Shown: positions 13,403 through 24,100 of the stretch, piece by piece
Position numbering within the stretch: the first letter of the stretch is position 1
How the letters are laid out: the number at the start of each line of letters is the position of its first letter
Source: Euglena gracilis
Lineage: Eukaryota
Direction: 5' to 3'
Length of the DNA stretch: 64,000 nt
Assembly (NCBI GenBank): GCA_039621445.1
Contig: CP154954.1
Span: 2,418,001-2,482,000, forward strand
The notes under the pieces: model-generated
What the model was told of the DNA's origin: nothing
What the model saw: only the letters and a program-made list of their open reading frames with translations
The model's database searches: none
Made by a program: the position numbers and the translations under genes

Positions 13403-13785
13403 ATGGCCAGTTTCCCCCACAGGACTCTGTCCTGGGGGGGTCCTGGGGGGGTCCCGCAAAAATTTTGTAGCACAAGATGGGGTTATTTTGAAGACTGGGG
13501 GTCTGGGGGGGCGGTAGCCCCCCCTCCCGGTAGCGGGCGCCGAAGGCGCCAGGAACTCCACGGTAGGTGGGTTATGTGGGTACCGCCCCCCCCCCCCCCG
13601 GTAGGTCCTGGGGGGGTCCTGGGGGGGTCCTGGGGGGGGTCCTCCACATACACAGACAAAATGAGCCAGAGGCGAACAACAGCGCCAGGCCAGAAGAAGG
13701 GATAAAAGGCACCAAAAAGCAGCCACAGTGCACACAGGGGGTCCTGGGGGGGTCCTGGGGGGAAAACTGGCCATGACTCTTGGTT
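13403..13785. mobile_element. MITE-like element of a CAGGACCCCCC/GGGGGGTCCTG-rich family (relatives at ~16615-16713, ~17975-18060 and in the duplicated copies)
   Basis: Inverted ends ATGGCCAGTTTCCCCC / GGGGGAAAACTGGCCAT with internal GGGGGGTCCTG repeats. Confidence 0.6.
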
Positions 13786-15126
13786 AGGCAATAAAAGCTG
13801 GGTTTGAGTGACTGATTCATCAACCGAGGTCACAAAGAAGGAATCAATGCCTTGTCTTCTGGAGTTCCAGGCTCAGTTGCCTTCGACACTCATCCCCAGA
13901 AAGCACCCTCTTCGAAATCCAGGCACCTGAAATTATGATTAAATGTTAATATAATCTTCTCATGTGCATTTTCCCCAAAACGGCCAAGCATGCCATTTTG
14001 GGCACTTGTTAGGGCAAAAAGAATGAAAAATGCAAAAAAAGTTTTCAGCTAGAACCGCCAGAAGGAGAAACGCTTGAGTGCTGGTTACCCCCCCCCCCCC
14101 AGGTCGGTCAGGGCCCCCCTTGTCCAGCCAATCAGCAACTTTTTTCCAACCAGCAGCTTTTTTCCAGCCCCGGCCCCTCCCCCCCTCGCCAACGAGTTTT
14201 ATTTGTTTCCAGCTGCCCAAAGGGTGGCTGGACAGTAACAGATTTTTCGCTTTCGGGGGGGGGGGGGCAAAAATGGGCCAAACCCGGGCAAAAAAATGTG
14301 TCGCAAGAGGGCAATGATATTTTGCATAATTGGCAGTTTTTTGGACGTTTTTTGCAGTTTCGATTTTTTGGTGCCTGGTTCAACCTGGTTCCGGCCCAGT
14401 TCCAGCCTGGGACCCGGGAGGGGGGGGGGGGTCAGCCAGCAACCTTTTTCCAGGCCAGCCCAAGTTTTCCAGCCTCTGAGATGGACCCCCTTGATCCAAA
14501 TGATGACCTAAAATGGCAACGGAGTTTGAGATTGCCAAAAATGTCTTTAAATAAAATAGGAAGTGTTTGTTGTTGCTTCATTTCAGGTTTTGCGCTCCTC
14601 CTTTGACCATGAATGCTTGCGGATCGGAGTTCTGTTTCAACCTTTTGGAGGAAATCGATGCGCATGGCAGTTCAACGCTGATTGGTGGAAATTCAAAACC
14701 GGATTTTTGATGGGGGAACAAATGGCCCCAAAAAATATGTTTCCGTTGTTTTTCCATTTCTCAGCCCCCAAAAGGACTAAAATGGCCAACACCGCGTTAA
14801 ATGACCTGAACCCCCCCAAATAACCTGGCGGGCCCTTGCTCCTGGCGGGGGCCGAATAACCTGGCAGGGGGGAGGGGCAAAAAAAGATGGTTCCAGTAAC
14901 TTGCACCCCCCTTTTAGGCAAATTCCTTTACAGCGCTGAAAAAAAGAGCCCAAATAACCTGGCGGGGGGCAGGGCCAAAAGTTGGTTCCAACAACCTGGC
15001 ACCCCGTCAGGGTATTGGGGCGGGAGGGTCACAATGACCTCAAATCGCCCGAAATGATCCGCCCACACGGGGCCCAAAAGTCATCTTCGGGGTTTTAGGT
15101 TTATCTACGCATTTGGGCCACTTTAG

Positions 15127-15237
15127 GGAGTGCCGATGCCCGTGGCCCATCCCGTGCGGCGGCAGCTGGTGGCGCAGTACGCCCGGCACCCGGACTTCGA
15201 CGTGGCCGACATCTTCGTGGGCAACCACAAGCGGCCT
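15127..15237 (+). pseudogene. Exon fragment, probably continuing the GT90-like sequence (copies 31558-31668, 63143-63253)
   Basis: TTTAG| acceptor in phase 0, matching the donor at 12871. GC3-rich GVPMPVAHPVRRQLVAQYARHPDFDVADIFVGNHKRP, followed by GGC-CAGTGCTGCGG (N3-CAG start). Confidence 0.5.
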
Positions 15238-16353
15238 GGCCAGTGCTGCGGGGTTCGCCTCCGCGGGGTGGGGGTGTCGCGCACAACACCGCAGAGCACA
15301 CCGCGCAGAAGCAAACTCACTTCGGGCCATAACACCGAAATTCGAATTGGAAGTTCCAGCTGTTTGTTTGGGCTGTTTGTGGGGGGGTCAAGGCTTGAAG
15401 TCAAGGAGTTTTTGGCCCAAATCCAACTCCCCCAAAATGACCCTGAAACCAAATGGGCAATTTTTAGCAAAGTACAGCATTTTTGATGTTGGTCGGTCAC
15501 ATAAAAATGGCCAGAAATAGTTTGGGGGGGTTTCAACCAAAAAAATTCGTCCCCAGCGGCTTTCATTTTTCTTCGCTGGGGTTTATGAGTGGGGGGGGGT
15601 ATGACAGCGGGGGTTTATAAATGTAGCGGCAGTTCGCCTCCCCCCATTTATAAACCTCCCCCCTTCGGCTGACCAACCAAACCAGATCTCATAAACCCGG
15701 GGGGTTTGTGGGTTGGGGGGTTCCGTCGGTCCCCGGAAATTTTGGAATCCTGACCAGGGTGTTGCTAAAGCCGAATTGGACCCCATCCAATACCACTGGT
15801 ACTGCTTCCACTGCCGCTCATGGTTTCTCCACCCCTTCGGCATTACACCAACGCTTGGCCCTTGGGGTGGTTCTCAATCACACAGCTGTTGTCCCCCGTT
15901 CCGTTCAAAAGGATGGCCCGCTTTTGGCCATTGTTTGGCACCTCCCGGGAAAAGAATTTGTTCGGCGGCTGCTGCAAAATAAGTAAAACACGTCAATGGA
16001 GGGAGGGGTTGGAAAACGGCTGTTGGCTGGCTGAACGCCCCCCGGATGTTTCCATGATAAGCCCGACAGAATGACTTTTAAGCCGGAGGGGACCCTGCTG
16101 ACACGGGGGCCGACAGCCAGCATCTTTTTTTGAACCTCGGGCGAAGGGCGGCCGGGCGGTTATGGATCTTTGGCTTTCGGCGGTGCAAAACTGGGACGGA
16201 AATGCGCAAAAATGGTCGGATTTGAGCTGACCAGGGCAATTTTGGGTCTAAAAAAAATCGATTTCTGTCTAATTTGGCATTTTGGGGGGTGTTGATTTTT
16301 TTGGCGCCCGGTTCGACTCCACGTTGTGCCCAGTTCCAGCTGGGGGACCCTTC

Positions 16354-17913
16354 TTGACCTGCATCATTTTTATGATATTTTTTGTTTTTGCTGTTCTTTT
16401 TCTGGTCGCACAGAAGCTTTTTTTTTGAGGCTTTTTGTCATGACTCATTCTGTTTCATTTGTGGTTTCTCCTCGGGGGGCTGAGGGGCCCCGCCAACACC
16501 GTCGCCCTTCTGCCCGCCCAGAAGGGCCACCTACGGCCCTCCCTCGGGCTGTACTTCTCCCCCCCCCCCCCCGGAGCCCCTCACGTTCACCGGCCTGTGG
16601 CAGCACAACCGCAACCCAACGAGTCATGGCCAATTTCCCCCCCAGGACTCCCCAAGGACCCCTCCCCCCCCCCCAGGACCCCCCAAGGCAGGGTCCTGGG
16701 GAGAACTGGCCATGTGTGACTGCAACACAGCGACGTCGTTGGAAACGGCCCAGGTGGGTGCCAGACCAAGCTGCTTTTTAACTCAGAGTCACCCTGGGCC
16801 ATGGGAGTGGTGGGTGGGTCCAGGGCTGACCCTCCCCCGGGAGGTTGGTGGTCCCTCGCCCCGGCGTCTGGGTATGGGTCGAGCCGACGTATTTTGTCGC
16901 TTCGTGTCAAAAACTACGAGGAAATGGGTTGCCAGCCAAAAAAAGATTTACATTGGTTTTTTACTGCTGATTTTTATGAATTTTATGACTTTTTTTGACT
17001 TACATCATTTTTATGATTTTTTTTGTTTTTGTTGTTGTTTTTCCGGTCGCCCAGAAAGTGTTCTAAAGAATTGAGGGTCTTTGTCATGACTCATTCTGTT
17101 TCATTTGTGGTTTCTCCTCGGGGGGCTGAGGGGCCCCGCCAACACCGTCGCCCTGCTGCCCGCCCTGAAGGGCCACCTGCGGCCCTCTCTCAGGCTGTTC
17201 CTCCCCCCCCCCCCCGGAGCCCCTCACGTTCACCGGCCTGTGGCAGCACAACCGCAACCCAACGAGTCATGGCCAATTTCCCCCCCAGGACTCCCCAAGG
17301 ACCCCTCCCCCCCCCCCCAGGACCCCCCAAGGCAGGGTCCTGGGGAGAACTGGCCATGTGTGACTGCAACACAGCGACGTCGTTGGAAACGGCCCAGTCG
17401 GCTCGACCCATACCCAGACGCCGGGGCGCGGGACCACCAACCTCCCGGGGGAGGGTCAGCCCTGGACCCACCCACCACTCCCATGGCCCTGGGTGACTCT
17501 GAGTTAAAAAGCAGCTTGGTCTGGCACCCACGACGTATTTTGTCGCTTCGTGTCAAAAACTACGAGGAAATGGGTTGCCAGCCAAAAAAAGTATCACATT
17601 GGTTTTTTACTGCTGATTTTTATGAATTTTATGACTTTTTTTTGACTTGCATCATTTTTATGATTTTTTTTGTTTTTTGCTGTTCTTTTTCCGGTCGCAC
17701 AGAAGTTGTACTAAAGAAACGTTTTTTTTGAGGGTCTTTGTCATGACTCATTCTGTTTCACTTGTGGTTTCTCCTCGGGGGGCTGAGGGGCCCCGCCAAC
17801 ACCGTCGCCCGGCTGCCCGCCCTGAAGGGCCACCTGCGGCCCTCCCTCAGGCTGTACCTCTCCCCCCCCCCCGGAGCCCCTCACGTTCACCGTTCTGTGG
17901 CAGCACAACCCCC
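16354..17913 (+). repeat. ~645-bp tandem sub-array (about 2.4 units); related units start near 32786, 33426, 34072, 40461, 41107, 41755, 49975, 50617
   Basis: Recurrent TTGAC(T/C)TGCATCATTTTTATGA ... GTCATGACTCATTCTG ... GTGGCAGCACAACC blocks at 640-650 bp spacing. Confidence 0.9.
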
Positions 17914-18191
17914 GCACAGGCCCGGGGAGGGGGTGCGGGCTCCTGTCGCGACCTCCCGCCGTTGGGGACCCCAATGAGTCATGGCTAATTTCCCCCCCAG
18001 GACTCCCCCACGACCCCTCCCCCCCCTCCCAGGACCCCCCCCAGGACAGGGTCTTGGGGAGCGGGAGTCCCGGGGGCGCCACACGCCGGTGGACTGCTCT
18101 CACCTGCTTTCCGCCCTGCCGGTCCTTCTTCGACAACGCGCTCATCTGCTGCAACACGGCGACCCGCAGAACCCCGGCCATGGCCTTTTGG
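17780..18191 (+). pseudogene. Two exon fragments of a possible GT61/DUF563-like glycosyltransferase (17780-17913 and 18124-18191); the upstream exon is repeated in every 645-bp unit
   Basis: GLRGPANTVARLPALKGHLRPSLRLYL..PEPLTFTVLWQHNP|PFFDNALI, then a 1-nt deletion, then LLQHGDPQNPGHGLL. N-x-G-H-x-L resembles GT61, but the family call is weak. Confidence 0.4.
17914..18123 (+). other. Putative non-conventional (non GT-AG) intron; copy at ~34345-34554
   Basis: Begins GCA-CAG and ends CTG-CCGGT. The ends pair with G-U wobbles (CAGG..GGGGAG..GGTG..GGGC with GCTC..CACC..CTTTCC..CCTG). Removal joins TFTVLWQHNP to PFFDNALI in frame. Confidence 0.55.
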
Positions 18192-21100
18192 GTTGGCGAC
18201 GAGGAGCGGTGTTAAGTACGTGGGCCCAGGGGATGGTGAGTGTCCAGAGGGTCAAAGGAAGTGACTGAATGCATTTGAGACAGCTGAATGGAGGTTTAAA
18301 AAAAAATCCCCCCGCATACTCAGGATGTGGTTTCACAGGTTAATTCATCTAGTTTTCGAAATTTTTTTTGTGAAGGAAAAATATTTTTTTGACATAATCG
18401 TCATTCTTTGCACCCTTCCTGCCAATCTAATTTCTCACACAATTTCCATTTTACTGTTTTTTGCAAGGGTGGATTTGTCTTCTCCTATTCGCCTCCCTCC
18501 CCCCGGATCGTGGTTGCTGTTTTTTTTTTTTTGAGGACGGACACACACTGGGGGGGAGGGGACTCCATGGGGGGTGTTTTGGCCAAGCAGTGCCAAAATG
18601 TCCAACTTTAGGTGCAAAGTCCGTCATTCCACCGTTCAGGAGGCAGGTGCCCCCCGGACTGAATTTTGAATTTTGGTGAAATGCCCCAAACGGCCCGGAA
18701 TTTGTTTGGGGGGGGGGTCCCAGCCCCCCCTCTTCAGGGGCTCGCGCCGGGCTGGGTGGGTGGGGGGAACACCCCCTCTCTCTCTTCGTATACATTAATA
18801 CATATCAAAAACTTTTATTGTATTAAATAGCCCAAGTCCACTGAGAAGGAAGGTCAAACCACCCCCCAAATGTCAGCAACCTCTCCAAATTTAAGCAGAA
18901 CCAAAATTCAAGCAACCCCTGAAATTAGGTGAAAAGAAGGGAAAATGCAGGAAAACAGCAGAGTGCCCGACCATGATATACGGGAAACACGGTGGTTTCG
19001 CTGGTGTAATTACCTCCGTTGTCTTTTTGTTGTTGCGGTTCTGAAAGGTTGAAGCCATTTTGGCATTGCGAAAATGTCAAACGAATTTTGTTGGTGCTTT
19101 ATCAATGTTGAACCTGTACCGCCCCCCCAACACCCGCCCCCCCCCTCCCGCCTGGGGGGCCCTACCTGCCCACAGCCCCCCCCCCGGCGTTCAAAAGAGC
19201 ACTTTGGGGAGCCGCTTTAGGTTCCCGAAACGTTGTCGGCATGGTGTGCCGGGACTGCTCCCCAGGTAACCACTTGGTCGAACGTGCGCTCACACACGTG
19301 CAAAAAAAGCCAGGGCCCTAGAGACCCCCAGGCTGTTTTTTTTTCAAGGGAGGGCACACCCCCTGGAACCCCGCCCACACCCCCTGCACGACCCTTTTGA
19401 ATTTTTTTTACAGAAATTCTGGGCTTTTTTAAAGGGAAACTTTGGTTAAAATTGTCTGTGAGACATTTTTTTTACCATTGTTGGACCGGCACCGGCAACG
19501 GGTTTCTGAAGCAGGAGGTTGCTGGGGGGGGGGTTGGTCTGAGGCGGACTCTGCCGTGAGGCCCAGCCCGGAGGCCTGGGGATGGCTTCGGTGCAACGTG
19601 GAAACGTTTGGTTTGGAGAATGCCTTTGGATGGCCAGATTTTCGGGGGGCCCCTGGGGGTGCCACGCCGGGGCTGGCTGGCCGGTCCCCCCCCCCAGCAA
19701 TTGGCCAAGGGTCATGCGACAATTTCCTGGGCGGGAAGGTTTGACACAACCTGGACAAAAATAATGATGATGGGGAAACAAAAATAAGGAAAATACATGA
19801 TGGGGAATCGTCGAGCAGTTGCAAGGCTAAGCCTTCTCAACAACGCCAGAAATAGGGTGCCATTGAACGGGCCTTGTGTGTGTGCATGTGTGCGTGTGTT
19901 TGTGTGGGGGGGTGTCTTTATGTTCACAAACACATGTATCCCATCTGTCAAGTAGAATGTGTTAGTGCATTTGTGTGTGTTCGTGCAAAACAGTCATTTT
20001 TTTTTGCCCACAGGCCATCACGGCTGTCCCCCCGAAGGACCAGGGCGGTGGCAAAGGCCGGAGGCGTAGGTTGGGGTTTCCTCTAGCAACTGTTCATCGT
20101 GTCCATGCATTTTGTGTACACTCCATTTCTTTTTAATCTTGATGATAAATATGTTCTGTAAATATCCCACAGCAATGTCGTCACAAGTTGCTTGTACCTC
20201 ACTCGATTTATATTCTCTTTTTTTAATTTGCATTTTTTGAAACTTGATGAAAATTTCATTAGCAAACGACAAAGTCAGTCAAGTTGGAGTTTTTTCGGCT
20301 TTTGAAAGAAGACTCTCTTTGCTTTTTCCTTGTCTCGCCTTTCCAAAATACCCCCCCCCCCAAAAGTGGGCACCCCCCACCGGTCTTTAAAGAACTCCTG
20401 CGTTGGGGCGAGTTGCCAGCGCTGATTATGGGCATCCCCCCCAAGCCCTCTTGAGGAAATTACCTTACGGGAAAAATGAACGGGTGCGAACCCAACAAAG
20501 GTTGCTTGTCGGGGCGAAGCAGGGCCACTTTGCTCCAGGGTGCTTTTTTTTTCAATCGCCAACTTTCTTTCCTTTCTGTTCCCCGGCGACCTGCCTGACG
20601 GATTTTCAAAAATTTCACTTTCATCGCAGCAGGAAAGGAAGCTGCCATCGCCCATAAAGCATCTGAATTTTTGGGTATAGGGAGGGCAATGGCGAAGCGA
20701 AGACGCCATCCCTAAGAAAAGCAACCGCTCGGCCGAAATGGGGGTTTTGTGAGCCAGCCTTTTTGTTTCGAAGATGGCCCACTCCCGCTTGGGCGGTGCC
20801 GCGGCCCCGAGAAGGCTCACCAGGGCCGTTCATGTTTCCTAGAGGGCCGGGAAGCCGAAATACAGGCTGTTTTTTTTTGGAACCGCCGCGAACGAAAACG
20901 CCCTCCCGGACCGGACCGTCCCAGGCGCCACGCGGCTCACAAGTCCGACACATTCAATGCCGGGCGAGCAGTGTGGATCCGCACCCACTAGCACTTAGGG
21001 CTTTCGGGGGCCAACCTGGGGGGGAAATGTGGGGGATGGAGGGCCGGTACCCCAGCTAGACGAACAGGTCAGAGGGCAGTGCTGAAGGAAGGGACAAGGC

Positions 21101-24100
21101 GGGGGGGATCTACAAAACATACCATGATGATGGCCCAGAACGTAAAAACACAAATTACCATGGTGGATCGTAATAGTTCACTGGATATGCGACAACATCT
21201 TAAAACAATTTATTTCCATTTTCGTGTGTATTTCATTGAAAATTTGGTTCGTCTAACCTCCCTCCGCCGATTCCCCATTACGCAGCAGAAATTTGCATTG
21301 TCTCATCTTCAACCAAAATCGACATGCAGGTTGTTCTTTCTCAAAAACATGTTTGCCTCAGCCATAGGGCTTTTTCCACAAATAAACTCTCACACAGAAA
21401 CCCATTGCTTGAATTTTTTTAATCTTATAAAATGTACATACAGCCTGTCACTCCCACCAATTGACTTGCCTTGATTATACTCTCTCTTTTTAATTTTTGA
21501 AAAATCAATTCTCCAGCAAACGAAAAAAAACTTTTTTTTCGGCCTTTTCCAAAAAGGAGACTTCATTTTTGTCGGCAGCCTCCAAGTAAAATAGATCCCC
21601 CGCACCAAATCTGACTTATGTTACAGGGAAAAACCTGAAAAACCCTTAGGGCCAGCGAAATGACCGAACAAAAGGTTTTTTTTTTTGAAATTTGCACGCC
21701 CAACCCAACTTTCCTCTCTGGATTAACAGCCTACCCGATCCCCGTCACCACCCAGGAAAAAATCTGCCATCCTCAAGCATACTTAGCACCAATAGGGCAA
21801 ATAAGCGTAATATTCGAAGAGAAATACCATTCCTCATGAACCAAAATGGTTTCGAGCCAGCCTTGAACCAAGATGGCCCACGGGCGGTGCCGCATCCCGA
21901 GAAGGCTCACCAGGGCCCCCCTAGACCAAGCCGAAATACAGGCTTTTTTTTTTGGAACCGCCCGAACGCCTGCCACCGAACCCCCTCCCCGGACCCCGGC
22001 TCCTCCGGACACATTCAAAGCCAACCACTCACTTTCTCCGAGAGGCAAATTCACCAACTAACCCCAAAAACCCCCTGTGGTGTAATTTTTGGACTCCCGC
22101 CCCCCCCCTGCTCAAACCTGTCGATTAACCGACCTTGGGTGTTCTCTCATTGGAAGGAGGAGGACAAAAAAGTGGTGGATCTCCAGCACTCAAAAACTCA
22201 AGTTTCTTTGTGAGTTGGCAGGCCGGAAAACACACCCCACATAGGTTTTTGGGGGTGCTGAGTTCAAAAAAGTGGGTCATTTTGACTCACTTTTTGTTTT
22301 GAGAAACTCGATTTTTTCCAAATGCGACACATCTCGGCGATTTGCGCCCGAAAATTTGAGGGGAAAACCAGGAAAAACGTCCAGAAAATCACATTTAGGT
22401 GTGAGCTGAAAATCCGCTGGGGAAAAGTGGAGGCCACTCTCCATTTTCTGGGTCGCAAAACTCAGAAAAAGTGTCAAAAAAACGTGGTTGCGTGAATTTT
22501 GCTGCGCTTTTGGGGGAAAGTGCACAAATATACTTTGTAGAAAGAGTCGCCGTTAAAAAAATAATAAAAAGTGACTTTGCCAACTGAAAATTTCTGGGTT
22601 GCCCAACAGTTGGCACGTCAAAGTGCACCAAACACAGGTTTCTTAGGGTGCTGAATTTAAAAAAAGTGGGTCATTTCACTTAATTTTTCGTTTTGAGAAA
22701 TTTGATTTTCCCCAATTGAGGGACATCTTGGCAATTGTGGCCACGAATTTTGATGGAAAAGTGTGGAAAACCGTTGGAAAATAGCTGGTGCACCGTTGGT
22801 TGAAAAAGTTTGGAGGAAATTTGTGGACAACCCCCCGTTTTTTGGGTCGGCGAACTCAGAAAAGCTGTCAGAAAACAGTGGTTGCCGACTTTTCCTGGAG
22901 CATTGTGCAAAAATTGCACAATTTTCTGGGGGAACGTTTTCAAATTTTGTACAAAATTGAGCACCAAACCTGGGGTTTTAAAGGTTCTGAAGGCAAAAAT
23001 TTGGGTATTTGTGCTAAATTGTTTGTTCTGAAACATGCTTTCTCCAAAAATCATGCTTTCGCCAAAATGAGGAACGTCATCCCTGAAAACACACACAAAA
23101 AAAAAGAGGACGATAACCACTGCGTCAGGGTTGCTGAAAAATATGGAAATTCCACGACCATTTTTTCGGTCTCTGAACCTAAAACGATTGCCAGAAGATG
23201 TGGTTTTACAATTTCGCTGGTGAATTTTCCGTCAAGTTTACTGACGTTTTTTTTTTTGAAAACAATATCTGCTTGTGGCACGAAGTATGCAAAGAAAAAC
23301 AAGAGTGAACACAATGTGATTGTGCAATTATTTCAACGACTGACCGCACTTTAACTTCGCATTCACCTGGAGAAATCTCGAAACAGAAAGCCTTCCAAAT
23401 GATAATTTCACCAATTTCAGACCCCCAGGGGTGAATCCTTCCGAGTCTTGGTCCCCAAGGACCAAGACTCAGAAGGATTAGCCCACACGTCTGATTTTTA
23501 GTGAGCAATGAAAGAGCAAACAAAGGACGTTGCAGTGGAGGAACATACACATCATGATCCTGACAAAATTCTCTATCCATCAAGCCAACTTTCAGATCAC
23601 GCATCCCTTTGGATCAGGACTTTTGGTGGTGTGGTGTGGGTGGCCGGAGCGCACGCACACCCAAAGTAGCGGAAATCTCCGCTACGGTCTGACGTCATCT
23701 TTTGTGCGTTTCATTCCTCAGGCTCCCCTGTTTGCATGTGGCCGATCCACCGCCCCCCCCCCCCCCCGGGGGGGTAAAGTGACTGACCAGTTTTTTTCGG
23801 AAAAAGTGACTGACTCGTTTTTTCAGAGTGGAAAGTGACCTCCCCCTCCCCCCCGGGTCGCTAAGCAATGGCATGGTCCCGGCTGACCGTCGCGATGGAG
23901 ATGACACAAGCGCTGTGCGGCGTGTCGTACTGGCGGGCGGTGCTGCCCCCGGAGGGGGACCAGGGATTTCTTGGAGTTTGAACCCACGGGGGAGGGCACT
24001 CTACCCTGGGGGTCCAGTGGGGGGTTTTCCTCCATTTTTGGCGCGAAAAGCCAGAAATTTTTTTGAGCCGACCCAAAATTGACCCCCGAAATCGGGTCCC

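Larger units (their letters stand above)
7935..23737 (+). repeat. Large segmental duplication, copy A
   Basis: Near-identical to 24558-39113. Matching ORF-track pairs: 8240/24862, 12304/28736, 15113/31544, 19582/36002, 23530/38905. Confidence 0.95.

Noticed and set aside
16354-17913. CRISPR-like array
   Set aside because: The units are ~645-bp whole-segment duplications with no short repeats or unique spacers, and no cas genes are present.
20970-22130. Apparent ~1 kb insertion unique to copy A
   Set aside because: It reads as a garbled second copy of ~20040-20990 with scattered short matches, which is typical of low-quality long-read consensus. Treated as a likely assembly artefact.
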